A model generated the notes under the pieces. That model was not told the origin of the DNA. It did not search any database and saw only the letters and a program-made list of their open reading frames with translations. Shown piece by piece: positions 10,816 through 21,102 of a DNA stretch of 64,000 nt (its first letter is position 1; the number at the start of each line of letters is the position of its first letter). The position numbers and the translations under genes were made by a program. This DNA is from Anaerohalosphaeraceae bacterium (GTDB lineage: Bacteria > Planctomycetota > Phycisphaerae > Sedimentisphaerales > Anaerohalosphaeraceae). The stretch covers positions 98,407-162,406 of the forward strand of contig CAXXSL010000005.1 of NCBI GenBank assembly GCA_963675525.2, in the 5' to 3' direction.

Positions 10816-11832
10816 ATGAAAACAAGAAAAGCAAACACAAGGGGGTTTACGATCGTTGAACTGCTGACCGTGATGGCCGTCATCGCGGTGCTGATCGGAT
10901 TGCTGATCCCGGCACTGGCGCTGGTTAAAGACAATGCCAAGGAAATCCAGCAAAAAGCACAGTTCCACAGCCTGGACGTGGGGATCGAACTGTACAAAAG
11001 TGAATTTGGCACATATCCCCAATCCAAAGACAACAATTTGAATACTTATAGCAGTCCGCAAAATCCTTATGATAATACGCAATATTGCGGGGCCAACAAA
11101 CTCGCCGAGGCAATGGTTGGTAGAGACTTGCTGGGATTTCATCCTCAATCAGATTTTCGTTCCGATGGACAAGCGGAAGTGGTTACGAATCCCGGGCCTC
11201 CGGTCGTTACGGGCCCGGATGATGTTTACGCTGCTTATAGCGGCAACCTAAATGAAACGGCGGAAGATAATCTCAGAGCCCGCCAGGGACCCTTTGTGGA
11301 TTTGGAAAACGCGAATGCATTTCCGATGGACGAGATATATGGAAATGCAAATACCCAATTTCCCGGAGGCTTTGTTAACAATTACGCAATGGACACCGTG
11401 GGTGGAGTCGTCAATTCTTATCCATTGGTTCTCTGTGATGTTTACGCGAAAAAGCGAAGCGGAACGAATGCCAAGAAAACCGGTACCCCGATCCTGTACT
11501 ATCGCGCACGGGCAAACTTTACCATGCAGGATTATCAAAGCCCTGCTGTGGGGGTGAATCCCGGCGGGATTGAAGATGACATTTATTATTACGGTGACAA
11601 CCAGAGCTTATTGTTGAGGGGTATGCCGGACGATGGTGTTGCTTTTACCGTTATCACCGGTGGAGCAGGTATTCCGGAGGAAAACTTTGAGGACATGATC
11701 ATCAATGAGAATGTGCAGACGGTTCTCCGTCCCTATCGCGCCGATACCTATATTCTGATCTCTGCTGGTAAAGATGGGGATTTCGGTACCGCTGACGACA
11801 TCTTCAACTTTGAAAAAGAGATTATCGAATAA
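10816..11832 (+). CDS. Prepilin-type protein, large GspG-like paralog 1
   Basis: G/FTIVELLTV cleavage-methylation motif; C-terminal ISAGKDGDFGTADD. Confidence 0.88.
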   Translation: MKTRKANTRGFTIVELLTVMAVIAVLIGLLIPALALVKDNAKEIQQKAQFHSLDVGIELYKSEFGTYPQSKDNNLNTYSSPQNPYDNTQYCGANKLAEAMVGRDLLGFHPQSDFRSDGQAEVVTNPGPPVVTGPDDVYAAYSGNLNETAEDNLRARQGPFVDLENANAFPMDEIYGNANTQFPGGFVNNYAMDTVGGVVNSYPLVLCDVYAKKRSGTNAKKTGTPILYYRARANFTMQDYQSPAVGVNPGGIEDDIYYYGDNQSLLLRGMPDDGVAFTVITGGAGIPEENFEDMIINENVQTVLRPYRADTYILISAGKDGDFGTADDIFNFEKEIIE

Positions 11833-11871
11833 TCCGGACGGGTGTTATTGTCAGACAGAGGCTAAAGGATA

Positions 11872-12477
11872 ATGATGCGCAGAGTTGTCAAACAATCCGC
11901 TTTTTCGCTGATCGAGATGGTCGTGGTGCTTGCGACGATCCTCATCCTGGCCGGTGCGATGCTGGGGGTCGGCAGGTATCTGACGATCCGTGCCAATATC
12001 GACCTGACGGCCAGCGAACTGCAGGTGCTGACCACGGCCCTGCAGCAGTATTATGATGACTTTGAGGTGTTTCCGATTATTACGGAAAAGGACATCACCG
12101 GCGACGGCGTGATCGATCCGTATGACGAGTTTCATCTTGAATATGATTTCAATGGAACGGTTGTGCCGGATAATGCGATCGATAATTTAGATGCAGCAGC
12201 GGCTTCCAGTGCTGCGATGTTTTACTTTTTGCGGCAGAACCCCAACAGCCGGACGATCATCAATGCGATGACCGATTCACTGGTAACCAATAACGGCGTA
12301 TCGGGGGTCAATCTGCAGATAACACTGCTATCCGGACAAATCGATCTGCCGCGGTTTATCGATGCCTGGGGAACGAGTATCCGGTATGAATATACCGGCG
12401 GTACGGCGTTTCCGATATTGAGTTCGGCCGGACCGGATGAACAGTTTGGTACGCCGGATGATGTAACAAGTCAATAA
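11872..12477 (+). CDS. Prepilin-type protein, GspG-like
   Basis: A/FSLIEMVVV; DAWGTSIRY...SAGPDEQFGTPDD. Confidence 0.88.
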   Translation: MMRRVVKQSAFSLIEMVVVLATILILAGAMLGVGRYLTIRANIDLTASELQVLTTALQQYYDDFEVFPIITEKDITGDGVIDPYDEFHLEYDFNGTVVPDNAIDNLDAAAASSAAMFYFLRQNPNSRTIINAMTDSLVTNNGVSGVNLQITLLSGQIDLPRFIDAWGTSIRYEYTGGTAFPILSSAGPDEQFGTPDDVTSQ

Positions 12478-12513
12478 ATTGAGTTTTTAGGTTTTAGTTC
12501 GTAGTTTTAAGTT

Positions 12514-12541
12514 GTGGATTTCCGCCTTTGCGGGAATGACA
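12514..12541 (-). repeat. GTC-tagged palindromic repeat copy (TGTCATTCCCGCAAAGGCGGAAATCCAC on the minus strand)
   Basis: Matches the copies at 21103, 21508 and 63528. Confidence 0.8.
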
Positions 12542-12576
12542 CAGGCCACCCAACCTGCAAGGATAGGGGTTAAAAA

Positions 12577-13539
12577 ATGAACAAAACAAGAAACAAACAA
12601 GCGTTTACGCTGATGGAGCTTTTGGTGGTGATAGCGATCATTGCGGCACTGGTCGCCATTATGTCTGTCAGTCTTGGACAGGTCAAGCGGATCGCCACGA
12701 ACCTGAAACAAAAGGGCGAGTTTCACGGCATGGAGATCAGCATCGAGTTGTTCCAGAATGAGTTTAATTTTTATCCGGATTCGGCGCGGGTCAATGGCGG
12801 TACGGATTACACCTGCGGCGCCCAGCGTCTGGCCGAGGCGATGCAAGGCCGGGATGAATTGGGCTTTCATCCCAAGTCAAAGTGGCACCCGGACCTGGAG
12901 TCAGCGGCGGGACTGACGCTCTATGATGTTACAGTAGAGGATACCCGCAAGCAGCGCAAACCGGTGTATTTTGAACTGAAGCATACCGGCATGTTTACGC
13001 TTGATCAATTATGGGGTTCTGGCAATACCGGCAATCTGCATGGCGGCGGTTTGCCCAGTGTGCCGGGCGGGTCAGGTTCATCGGTCTTAACGGATGTCTT
13101 TGTCCGCAACAGAATGACAACTGTTGCAGGTGACACCATCAAAGTCGGTTCGCCGGTGCTGTATTATAAAGCCCATCCGACGAAGGGTTTTCGTACACAA
13201 AATGTCGGCGGACGCCCTGTTGTTGTTACAAATCCATCAGTTGAACAATATCGGCAGTGGGTGTATAATTTTGATGATAACATTGACATTCTGAACTTAG
13301 CCTGGCTTAGGGAACCGAGCGAAGACCTGGATAATGCCTTTCCGCCGCACTATCAGGAGCGCAACGATTATTCGGGGGTGACAAATGTTCCCGAACTTTT
13401 CTATCAAATCCTGACACAGCGGCAGGATGTCGCATCGGGTTTTTACAAGCCTTACAATGCAGATACGTTTATTCTGATTTCGGCGGGGTGGGACGGCATC
13501 TACGGGACGAAGGATGATGTAACGAATTTTAATTACTGA
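12577..13539 (+). CDS. Prepilin-type protein, large GspG-like paralog 2
   Basis: A/FTLMELLVV; LAEAMQGRDELGFHP; ISAGWDGIYGTKDD. Confidence 0.88.
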   Translation: MNKTRNKQAFTLMELLVVIAIIAALVAIMSVSLGQVKRIATNLKQKGEFHGMEISIELFQNEFNFYPDSARVNGGTDYTCGAQRLAEAMQGRDELGFHPKSKWHPDLESAAGLTLYDVTVEDTRKQRKPVYFELKHTGMFTLDQLWGSGNTGNLHGGGLPSVPGGSGSSVLTDVFVRNRMTTVAGDTIKVGSPVLYYKAHPTKGFRTQNVGGRPVVVTNPSVEQYRQWVYNFDDNIDILNLAWLREPSEDLDNAFPPHYQERNDYSGVTNVPELFYQILTQRQDVASGFYKPYNADTFILISAGWDGIYGTKDDVTNFNY

Positions 13540-13624
13540 TCGAACGTTCCGGTAAAAAAGTCAAAAATTAATGAATAAATTCTGATTTGCCTTTGGGCCA
13601 TACATTTTTCGGGAGGCGTTTATT

Positions 13625-14527
13625 ATGAAACGCAAAAGTAAACATAACAGGACCGGCTTTACGCTGGTGGAAATTCTTACGACGATCGCGATCATTGCGA
13701 TCCTGTTGGGTCTTTTGATCCCGGCATTAACCGCGATCGAGAAATCAGCCGTCGAGGTCAAACAGAGGGCTCAGTTCCACGGGATTGAATTATCCCTGGA
13801 AACATTCTCCACGGATATGGGGGATTATCCGTCAAGTTCGTATAATCCGTTAGTATACGGCAATTATACGCCGTCGCAGCGATTGGCCGAAGCGATGGTC
13901 GGACGCGATGGCTTGGGCTTTCATCCGAGTTCGCTGTTTCGCGGCGACGGATTGGCCGATATGGACAGCGATGGCCTGATCGATAATCCGGTATATCATG
14001 CGACTACGGATCAAGTTTACGAAACGGCTCAGGAAAACATTACGACTCGCATGGGCCCGTATCTGGAACTGGAGAGTGCCAACGCCGTGATGCTCAGTGA
14101 TTTGTACGGTGGTGGCAGTATTGGGGTCTTGGTGGACAGTTATGTGCTGGCGGATATGTATAGGACCACCAAGAATGCCGCGACCGGGAAAATGACGGGT
14201 TCGCCGATCTTATACTACAGGGCTAATCGCAACAGGGCCATGCATGATTGGGCCAATGTACTGAACAGCACGTATAATATCTATGACTCGCTTGGCGATG
14301 TGCTTGTTCCGAACGATTCTATTGTCGATCTTGTTCCCCTGTCGACTCATTCAGGAACGCATCCGATGAGGGCAAATCTGAATATGTTTTATGAGCAAAC
14401 ACAGAATCCGAATTTTACCAATCCGGCGCGACCCTACAGGTCCGAATCATTTATTCTGCAAAGTGCCGGGCGGGACAGCCTTTACGGAACCGTAGATGAT
14501 GTGTTCAATTTTAACCAGGACAACTAA
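13625..14527 (+). CDS. Prepilin-type protein, large GspG-like paralog 3
   Basis: G/FTLVEILTT; LAEAMVGRDGLGFHP; SAGRDSLYGTVDD. Confidence 0.88.
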   Translation: MKRKSKHNRTGFTLVEILTTIAIIAILLGLLIPALTAIEKSAVEVKQRAQFHGIELSLETFSTDMGDYPSSSYNPLVYGNYTPSQRLAEAMVGRDGLGFHPSSLFRGDGLADMDSDGLIDNPVYHATTDQVYETAQENITTRMGPYLELESANAVMLSDLYGGGSIGVLVDSYVLADMYRTTKNAATGKMTGSPILYYRANRNRAMHDWANVLNSTYNIYDSLGDVLVPNDSIVDLVPLSTHSGTHPMRANLNMFYEQTQNPNFTNPARPYRSESFILQSAGRDSLYGTVDDVFNFNQDN

Positions 14528-14557
14528 GACAGTTCTTAGTTTTTTGTTCAGGAACAG

Positions 14558-15142
14558 ATGCGAAGCAAACAACGACAATCCGGTATGACGCTTACTGAAC
14601 TGCTGGTGGTCATCGCGATCATAGCGTTGCTGTTGGGGATATCTGTGCCCGCGGTACAGCATCTAAGGGAAAGCTTTCAGGCCTCGACGAGCGTGCGGCA
14701 TCTGATTAACGCGGCATTGTCCAACGCCCGGGCGATAGCTGTCCGCAATCAGGCCTATGCGGGCGTGCGGTTCCAGCAGGATGCAAACGAAAATACATAT
14801 ATCATTTTTATTGTGAATGACAGAGAGGGAACCGGTTTTGCCAACGGTTTCCGTGCCGTGGCTGGACGTAATCCCATGATACTGCCGGAGGGTGTGGGAA
14901 TCAACGGAGCAACAGTGTGGACCGGAGTGTCGATTGTTTTTTCGCCGGCAGGGAAATTAACGACTCATCAGGTGCGGGCCTCGGCGGCGTCAAGCAATGA
15001 TAATATCTTTAATTCGTCAAATGCGATGTTTTATGAGGATGGCGGCAACAATCGAAGTGTGCAGAGCTTTCGGGTTACCAGTGTAAACAGTTCCAGCGTT
15101 GAACATATCAATCCCTATACGGGGGAGTTGATCCTTGAATAA
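14558..15142 (+). CDS. Minor pilin, FimT/GspH-like
   Basis: G/MTLTELLVV; ALSNARAIAV; IVFSPAGK; INPYTG. Confidence 0.85.
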   Translation: MRSKQRQSGMTLTELLVVIAIIALLLGISVPAVQHLRESFQASTSVRHLINAALSNARAIAVRNQAYAGVRFQQDANENTYIIFIVNDREGTGFANGFRAVAGRNPMILPEGVGINGATVWTGVSIVFSPAGKLTTHQVRASAASSNDNIFNSSNAMFYEDGGNNRSVQSFRVTSVNSSSVEHINPYTGELILE

Positions 15143-16235
15143 CAGATTTTGTTTATTACGAAAACAGATGCCGGGTTTTTCGCTGACGGAGATGCTGATC
15201 GCCACGGGTATCATGGCGATCGGTCTGGTGATGGTCGCGACGATCTTTCCGGTGGGCATGAAGCTGACGGGGTTGTCGGCGGAGCGCTCGGTTGCGGCGG
15301 TGGCGGCCGATGAAGCCTTTGTCAAGATACAGCTTTACGGCCTGCGGGATTTTGCCGACTGGCCGGCGGCGCAGATAGAGACAGCAAACGGGAACCCCAA
15401 TTATGCGATCTCGACAGATGCGACGTATGATTTTTGTGACGATTTTATGTTTACGACGGAAGTGATTGTTGATCCCGTCGATGCTTTTTGGGGAACGGGT
15501 GATGATATCTTCACCAGTCCTGGGCTGGACGGGGACTATTTAACCGGAGGTGATAACGCAATCGTTGATCTGGCCAATGAATTCCTGTATCCCTCTGTTG
15601 CCTTGTCACTGCCGGAAGAGCACAGATACCACTGGTCGGCCTTGTGCCGCCGGGCGGGCGATGAAGATGTGCAGGCGACCGTCTTTGTGACACGCAGGAG
15701 TTTTCCAGGGGTCAGCTATTACGGATATTTTATTGACAGGACCGCAAATCCTACGAACCCTGCGATCGTTTACGGTAACACCGGTATCTGGCCTGCGCCC
15801 GTACCGATCAATGTGGAGTACGATCCGACTGATACATCAACATCGACTTATCTTAGAGAATTGGAAATTCTGCTGACCGATCCTGATTTGACGGATACCA
15901 TAGATAATACACAGTGGGACGCCATTTCTGGATTAACAAATACGGTTTACTCGTTTTTTGACGAAGGTTATACGATTGTCAATAATCGTGACGGCAGGAT
16001 TTACCGTATTCTGGAAATGAGAGATGAACTTCCGCAGCCTGTCAGTGACGGAATACCGGATACAATGGTGCTGTACGAGGACTGGCAGTGGGACGGTTAC
16101 GATTCGGACCCGCTGAATCTGCCAAATACGGTTCAGACAGAAACCGTTTGGGTCGTTCCGCCGGGGTTTGACAGCAGCCGGTATCCCTGTGTGGGGGTGT
16201 TTCAAAAAGTGATCCGTTTCGACGATATTCAATAA
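15135..16235 (+). CDS. Minor pilin, PilV/GspI-like
   Basis: G/FSLTEMLIATGIMAIGLVMVATIFPVG; position in the H-I-J-K order. Confidence 0.82.
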   Translation: MNNRFCLLRKQMPGFSLTEMLIATGIMAIGLVMVATIFPVGMKLTGLSAERSVAAVAADEAFVKIQLYGLRDFADWPAAQIETANGNPNYAISTDATYDFCDDFMFTTEVIVDPVDAFWGTGDDIFTSPGLDGDYLTGGDNAIVDLANEFLYPSVALSLPEEHRYHWSALCRRAGDEDVQATVFVTRRSFPGVSYYGYFIDRTANPTNPAIVYGNTGIWPAPVPINVEYDPTDTSTSTYLRELEILLTDPDLTDTIDNTQWDAISGLTNTVYSFFDEGYTIVNNRDGRIYRILEMRDELPQPVSDGIPDTMVLYEDWQWDGYDSDPLNLPNTVQTETVWVVPPGFDSSRYPCVGVFQKVIRFDDIQ

Positions 16236-16297
16236 AAAACGGTTTAAAATAATCTGTGAAATCAGTGTTAATCTGTATCAAAAAAACTGGTGGATTT

Positions 16298-17485
16298 GTG
16301 GCAAAAGATAAAAACAAGGCGTTTACGGTTATTGAGTTGCTGGTGGCGATGGGCCTGCTGGTAATCTTGATGGGGTTGTCGAGTGTGGTTTTTTCCACGA
16401 CGGTCAGATCGCACCGTATGGCGATGGCGACCATCGAGATCACCCGAAAGCTGAACGCGATCACCAATCAGCTCAATGCCGATTTCAGAGGCTTGCGCAA
16501 CGATGCACCGATGATGGTTTGGTTTGATTCGCGTCCTTCCGGAAGCGCCGAAGAGCGGTTTGACATGATCCACTTTTTCGCTGACGGCGATTTTCAGACG
16601 GCCGGGCAGTATAATTACGACAGCGATGGTGACGGGCTTCCTGACGGCGATAAAACGGTTGCCGGTAATATCGCACGGGTTTTTTACGGCCATGCCAATT
16701 CGGTTTTAGTTGATTTAACGGCTGTCCCCCCCGTACTGCCGGATTTCGATTCTTCTCAGGTTCAGGTTCTGTCACGTAAATCACATATCCTGACGGCAGA
16801 CAATGAGATTTTCTCCATTTATAGAGAAATTCCGCTGATTTCCAACGATCCGGCAACGCCTTATGTTATCGATTACAGCCGATTCGCAGTGAACTTTGGC
16901 GGTCCGGACGAAAACCTGCTTGAGTTCAATACGATCTCCCTGACAAACTGGATCAATGCGTTGAATTATCTTGACCCGGGCAATGCGTTCAACCCTGACA
17001 ATGCGGATGCATTCATTAATTTCTGTATGGATGACAACTACCGTCCCTATGTAAATGTGACGGACAGCTCAACACTGCACTTGCTGATGTTGCAAGATAT
17101 TGGGAGCTTCCGGGTACAATGGGCCTATACAAATGATGACTTGCGGGATGTGACGAATGCCAATGCCATACCGAGTCCTCCCTTGTTTTCCGGCGTCCGC
17201 TGGTGGCCCAGTGTTGATCCGGCAGGGGATGGGAGCGATAGATCTGATTTTGATCCAATGGTGATGAACACCAGTACATTGGGTGTTTATTTCGAGTTGC
17301 CCAACGGAACAAATGCGGTGACCGACTGGTTTGATATTTCGGGGTGCAGAACGATCAACAACACAACGTTTTTTGACGGTGACTTTTATCCGAGGGCACT
17401 GAGGTTTACATTTACGCTGCATGATTCAAGAGGGATTTTTCCCAACGGCAGAACATTTACACATATTGTCTATTTGGACAATTGA
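16298..17485 (+). CDS. Minor pilin, PilW/GspJ-like
   Basis: A/FTVIELLVAMGLL; QLNADFRG; C-terminal YPRALRFTFTL. Confidence 0.82.
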   Translation: MAKDKNKAFTVIELLVAMGLLVILMGLSSVVFSTTVRSHRMAMATIEITRKLNAITNQLNADFRGLRNDAPMMVWFDSRPSGSAEERFDMIHFFADGDFQTAGQYNYDSDGDGLPDGDKTVAGNIARVFYGHANSVLVDLTAVPPVLPDFDSSQVQVLSRKSHILTADNEIFSIYREIPLISNDPATPYVIDYSRFAVNFGGPDENLLEFNTISLTNWINALNYLDPGNAFNPDNADAFINFCMDDNYRPYVNVTDSSTLHLLMLQDIGSFRVQWAYTNDDLRDVTNANAIPSPPLFSGVRWWPSVDPAGDGSDRSDFDPMVMNTSTLGVYFELPNGTNAVTDWFDISGCRTINNTTFFDGDFYPRALRFTFTLHDSRGIFPNGRTFTHIVYLDN

Positions 17486-17487
17486 TT

Positions 17488-20400
17488 ATGATGAAAAACA
17501 CGAAACAACATAGAAAACGTGGAGCGGCACTGATTCTGGTGGTCGTCGTAACCGTACTGTTGGCGGTGATCGGGACGATGTTCCTGATGACGTCACGCGT
17601 CAGTGAAATGGAAACCGTGGCGGTGACGGATGAACGCGATCTCAAAGCGGCCGTCGAAACGGTCGTCGGCCGGATCGATGAGGTGCTGGTGGAGGATTTG
17701 TTCGGCATTGATCCAAGTATTATCAATGCCAACGCGGCAAACTTCGATGCTGATGAACCGTATGATTATCCTGCACACAACCTCGATGAGGACGCAGGCC
17801 CGGATGGGATTCCGGGTAATGGGGATGATGTTCCTTTTATAGCGGGTCCAGATGGCGTTTACTGGACGAGTGACGATATACCCCTTCCCGGCAATCTGGA
17901 TGACTGCTGGCTGGCTTCATTGGAACCCGTATGGTCGGATGATAATGGAACGCCTGCTGATCCATATGACGATATTTATGTTTGGCCGCATATCACTGAC
18001 TTGTGGGGTACATTACAGGTTGAGGTTGACAGTTTGTTTACACAATCATATCAAAATCCATCAGTTCGATGGATCGACCCGCACAATATCAACGACCAGA
18101 CGACATGGGACCAACCGGCTGAATGGGATTTATGGCAGGTTTCTGCTGACAATGTCGAGGCCAGGGTCATAGCTTACGCGGACCGAATGGATACGATTGC
18201 CATTGTCGGAGGAACAGCTCCCGCTTCATGGGATGCCGCGGTTAACCAAATGCCTTTCGGTGCGAGGGCGGATGCCGATGGAGATGGTGTTGCCGACAGC
18301 CGCTGGGTGAGGATCCCCAATCTGACGACCAGCCGGGGCAGGGATGTCTTTGCCGCGGTCCGAATCATCGATAACTGTGCCATGCTGAACCTCAATGCCG
18401 CTCATTGCTTTTATCAGGATTCCTATGCTGCAGCATCGGCAACCTCACCCTATGTGAATCCGTGGAATTATTTCAACCAAACCGGCCCGACGACATGGAT
18501 ACCGATGCCGTATTATAATCCTGTATCCGGAATTGGCAGATATTTAACAGAGATCAATTATCTGCCTTTTTTACGCGGGCATGATTTAAACGGTGGCTTT
18601 TGGGGCGGGACAACCGGGGATAACTGGCTAAACATTATGATAGCCAGAAACATGGCTTTCACAGGAACGATTACTGGATTTGGAAACAATTATATTCCTA
18701 TTTCTCCTGAAGAAAGCCAGAATATATTCTTTAATTTTGATAATCCGAACTATAGCGGCTCTTTCTTTGATATCAGCGATGAATTAGAGATTCGGAATCG
18801 ATATTTGGTGACGTCATACGTTGAATCGCGATTTGAGCAGCCTGCGGTGGCCAATTTTACACTGGATTCCGCTAATGGCGGCGGTGGAGCATATGCGGCT
18901 TTGGAAGTGCCGCGTGATGCAACAAATGATTTTGGAAGTTGGACGCGGCGTATTGATCCGATCAATTTTGATCAATGGGATGCTTCGGGTGCGATTCCGG
19001 TTTTCCCAATGCCTGATCCTTATGAATACGACCGCCGGCATGTGTGCACATTTTACAGTCTTGACCGGAATTTCCGGCAGGGCGATTATCCGCTGCTGGA
19101 TTCGGAGATTGGAACTTATGCGAATGCAAATTGGGCCGCTGCCCGTTATGCGAGTGCGGCGGCCTATAGAGCATATCTTTGGGAACGCTGGGGGGCTGTT
19201 TTTACGCCGATAGGGCCCGTGACAACGAACATTGAAAATCCCGATGCCGCCCGGACCTTTGATAATGTTGAAACACGCAGACGGATTTTGCATCTGCTGT
19301 ATGCCCTGCGGGAGTATTATCTTCCGGCAAACTATTTTTCTTTGCCGGCGGCTCAGCAGGCAACCGAAAGGAATGCCGCCGCCCTGAGAGCCGCTCAGAT
19401 TGTGGCCAATCTGATTGATTTCTCAGATGATAGCTCGGCCAATACGTCCACTGCAGGAACTCCTTATCCTGTTGGCGAAACTTATGGACCGTTTTATGGT
19501 CAGCCTTATACATTACCGGGTCCTTTTCTCATTGACTATGGCCAGCAGGCAAATGCGAATTGTACATTTATCACAAGACAGGTTGTCAATCAGTTGCTGT
19601 TTGAAGTCAGCCAGTATGAACTTGGAGTTGGGAATACGGCACTTGATTTTGGTTTGAACGCGACGGATATTGTTTTCGGCTATGAACGCCAGCCGTTTAT
19701 TTCGGAGGTCTATACCAATTGGAATACTGCTAATGCTGTCGGTGCAGAGTTGGATACCTTTGCCATCGAACTGGTTAATCCGTATGACACTCCCATTGAT
19801 CTTCTCGGCTGGACATTACGAATTGGGGCCTTCACCCATACGTTTATCGCTTCCCCGGGTAATACGACAACTGTTCCGGCCTACAGCCCGACGACCGGTT
19901 TAGGCCGGCTCGTGATCAATTTCAATAATTCAGCAGCAGTACCCGGCGGTGCGTTTTCCTACAATATTTCGGGAGTTAACCTCCCAATACTGCAAATGCG
20001 GATTACCGGCGCCAGGGCGAATATTGATTTGCTTCGGCCCGCCCCCGCAATTCCTGCGGCATGGGGTTTTACCGTTCCTGATCTGTATGCCGATCATGTT
20101 GCCAACGCAGATATATTAAGGGTTGTTGCTGTGACATTTCCCGGTCTGAACTCTCTTAAACGAAGTGACACGAACTGGGAATTTATTTACGATCAATACG
20201 AAGCTCAGAACTCGCTTGGGGGACCCTTTACGAGTACGCTCGGCCAGCCGAATGGAACCGTTACTCTTCCATTTCCAATTCCTGCCGCACAGCAGTTTCA
20301 ACTGGCTGTGCCCAATGATCAGTTTCCTGTTTGCCGGTGGCATGACTTGGAGGTTTTGTCGCTCTTTGGAAACGGCTCTTCGACGGCTGTTCCGGCCAGG

Positions 20401-21009
20401 ATCATTACCAACTCAATTTCGACCACTGCTGCCGGAAGACGCTTTTATGATCTGGCCGGAGCGACCAATAATCCACTCGAATATCTGTGTACGATGAACC
20501 GCCCGGATGTGGGGACCTTGCCCGGGCGGATCAATATCAATACCGCGCCGGTGCATGTGATCGCCGCGGCGATTCCGCCGATGCTGGTTGCTCCGAGTGT
20601 TTCTGACCCGAACGGTACGGTTACAGACTCAGCATTGGATTATGCGCAGGCCATTGTTGACAGGCGAAACACTGTCGGGCCTTTTGAAAGGTTGAGTGAC
20701 CTGCTGAATATTACTGGAGTGCCTGGCTTGACACCCGATTTCCGGCTCTATGCCAATGACCCCAACGATTACTATAATGCCGGACAGCAAAGCATCGAAA
20801 ATGACATCGAGGAACGGGACTGGATCTTGTCGAATCTGGCCAATAAGTTTACGGTTCGCAGCGATGTCTTTACGGCCTATATTCTGGTGCGTCTGGGCGA
20901 GAATGGCCCCCAGCGGCGGATGATCGCGATTTTTGACCGCAGCGGCGTCTGGACACCGGAAGATCGACCAAGACTGGTGGCCCTGCATCCGGTACCGGAC
21001 CCGCGATAG
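17488..21009 (+). CDS. Giant GspK/PilX-like minor pilin (~1,170 aa)
   Basis: RG/AALILVVVV lacking Glu5, as in GspK/PilX. ADADGDGVADSRW, LNLNAA, GRININTAP HhH-like region and FTVRSDVFTAY. Confidence 0.8.
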   Translation: MMKNTKQHRKRGAALILVVVVTVLLAVIGTMFLMTSRVSEMETVAVTDERDLKAAVETVVGRIDEVLVEDLFGIDPSIINANAANFDADEPYDYPAHNLDEDAGPDGIPGNGDDVPFIAGPDGVYWTSDDIPLPGNLDDCWLASLEPVWSDDNGTPADPYDDIYVWPHITDLWGTLQVEVDSLFTQSYQNPSVRWIDPHNINDQTTWDQPAEWDLWQVSADNVEARVIAYADRMDTIAIVGGTAPASWDAAVNQMPFGARADADGDGVADSRWVRIPNLTTSRGRDVFAAVRIIDNCAMLNLNAAHCFYQDSYAAASATSPYVNPWNYFNQTGPTTWIPMPYYNPVSGIGRYLTEINYLPFLRGHDLNGGFWGGTTGDNWLNIMIARNMAFTGTITGFGNNYIPISPEESQNIFFNFDNPNYSGSFFDISDELEIRNRYLVTSYVESRFEQPAVANFTLDSANGGGGAYAALEVPRDATNDFGSWTRRIDPINFDQWDASGAIPVFPMPDPYEYDRRHVCTFYSLDRNFRQGDYPLLDSEIGTYANANWAAARYASAAAYRAYLWERWGAVFTPIGPVTTNIENPDAARTFDNVETRRRILHLLYALREYYLPANYFSLPAAQQATERNAAALRAAQIVANLIDFSDDSSANTSTAGTPYPVGETYGPFYGQPYTLPGPFLIDYGQQANANCTFITRQVVNQLLFEVSQYELGVGNTALDFGLNATDIVFGYERQPFISEVYTNWNTANAVGAELDTFAIELVNPYDTPIDLLGWTLRIGAFTHTFIASPGNTTTVPAYSPTTGLGRLVINFNNSAAVPGGAFSYNISGVNLPILQMRITGARANIDLLRPAPAIPAAWGFTVPDLYADHVANADILRVVAVTFPGLNSLKRSDTNWEFIYDQYEAQNSLGGPFTSTLGQPNGTVTLPFPIPAAQQFQLAVPNDQFPVCRWHDLEVLSLFGNGSSTAVPARIITNSISTTAAGRRFYDLAGATNNPLEYLCTMNRPDVGTLPGRININTAPVHVIAAAIPPMLVAPSVSDPNGTVTDSALDYAQAIVDRRNTVGPFERLSDLLNITGVPGLTPDFRLYANDPNDYYNAGQQSIENDIEERDWILSNLANKFTVRSDVFTAYILVRLGENGPQRRMIAIFDRSGVWTPEDRPRLVALHPVPDPR

Positions 21010-21102
21010 AGAACAGAGAATACGGCGATTGTCATAGTCGTCTTAATTGTTATTGCGGTTTTGATATCGTGGCCGTCTTAACCGGTTACGACCGTCTTGA
21101 CT

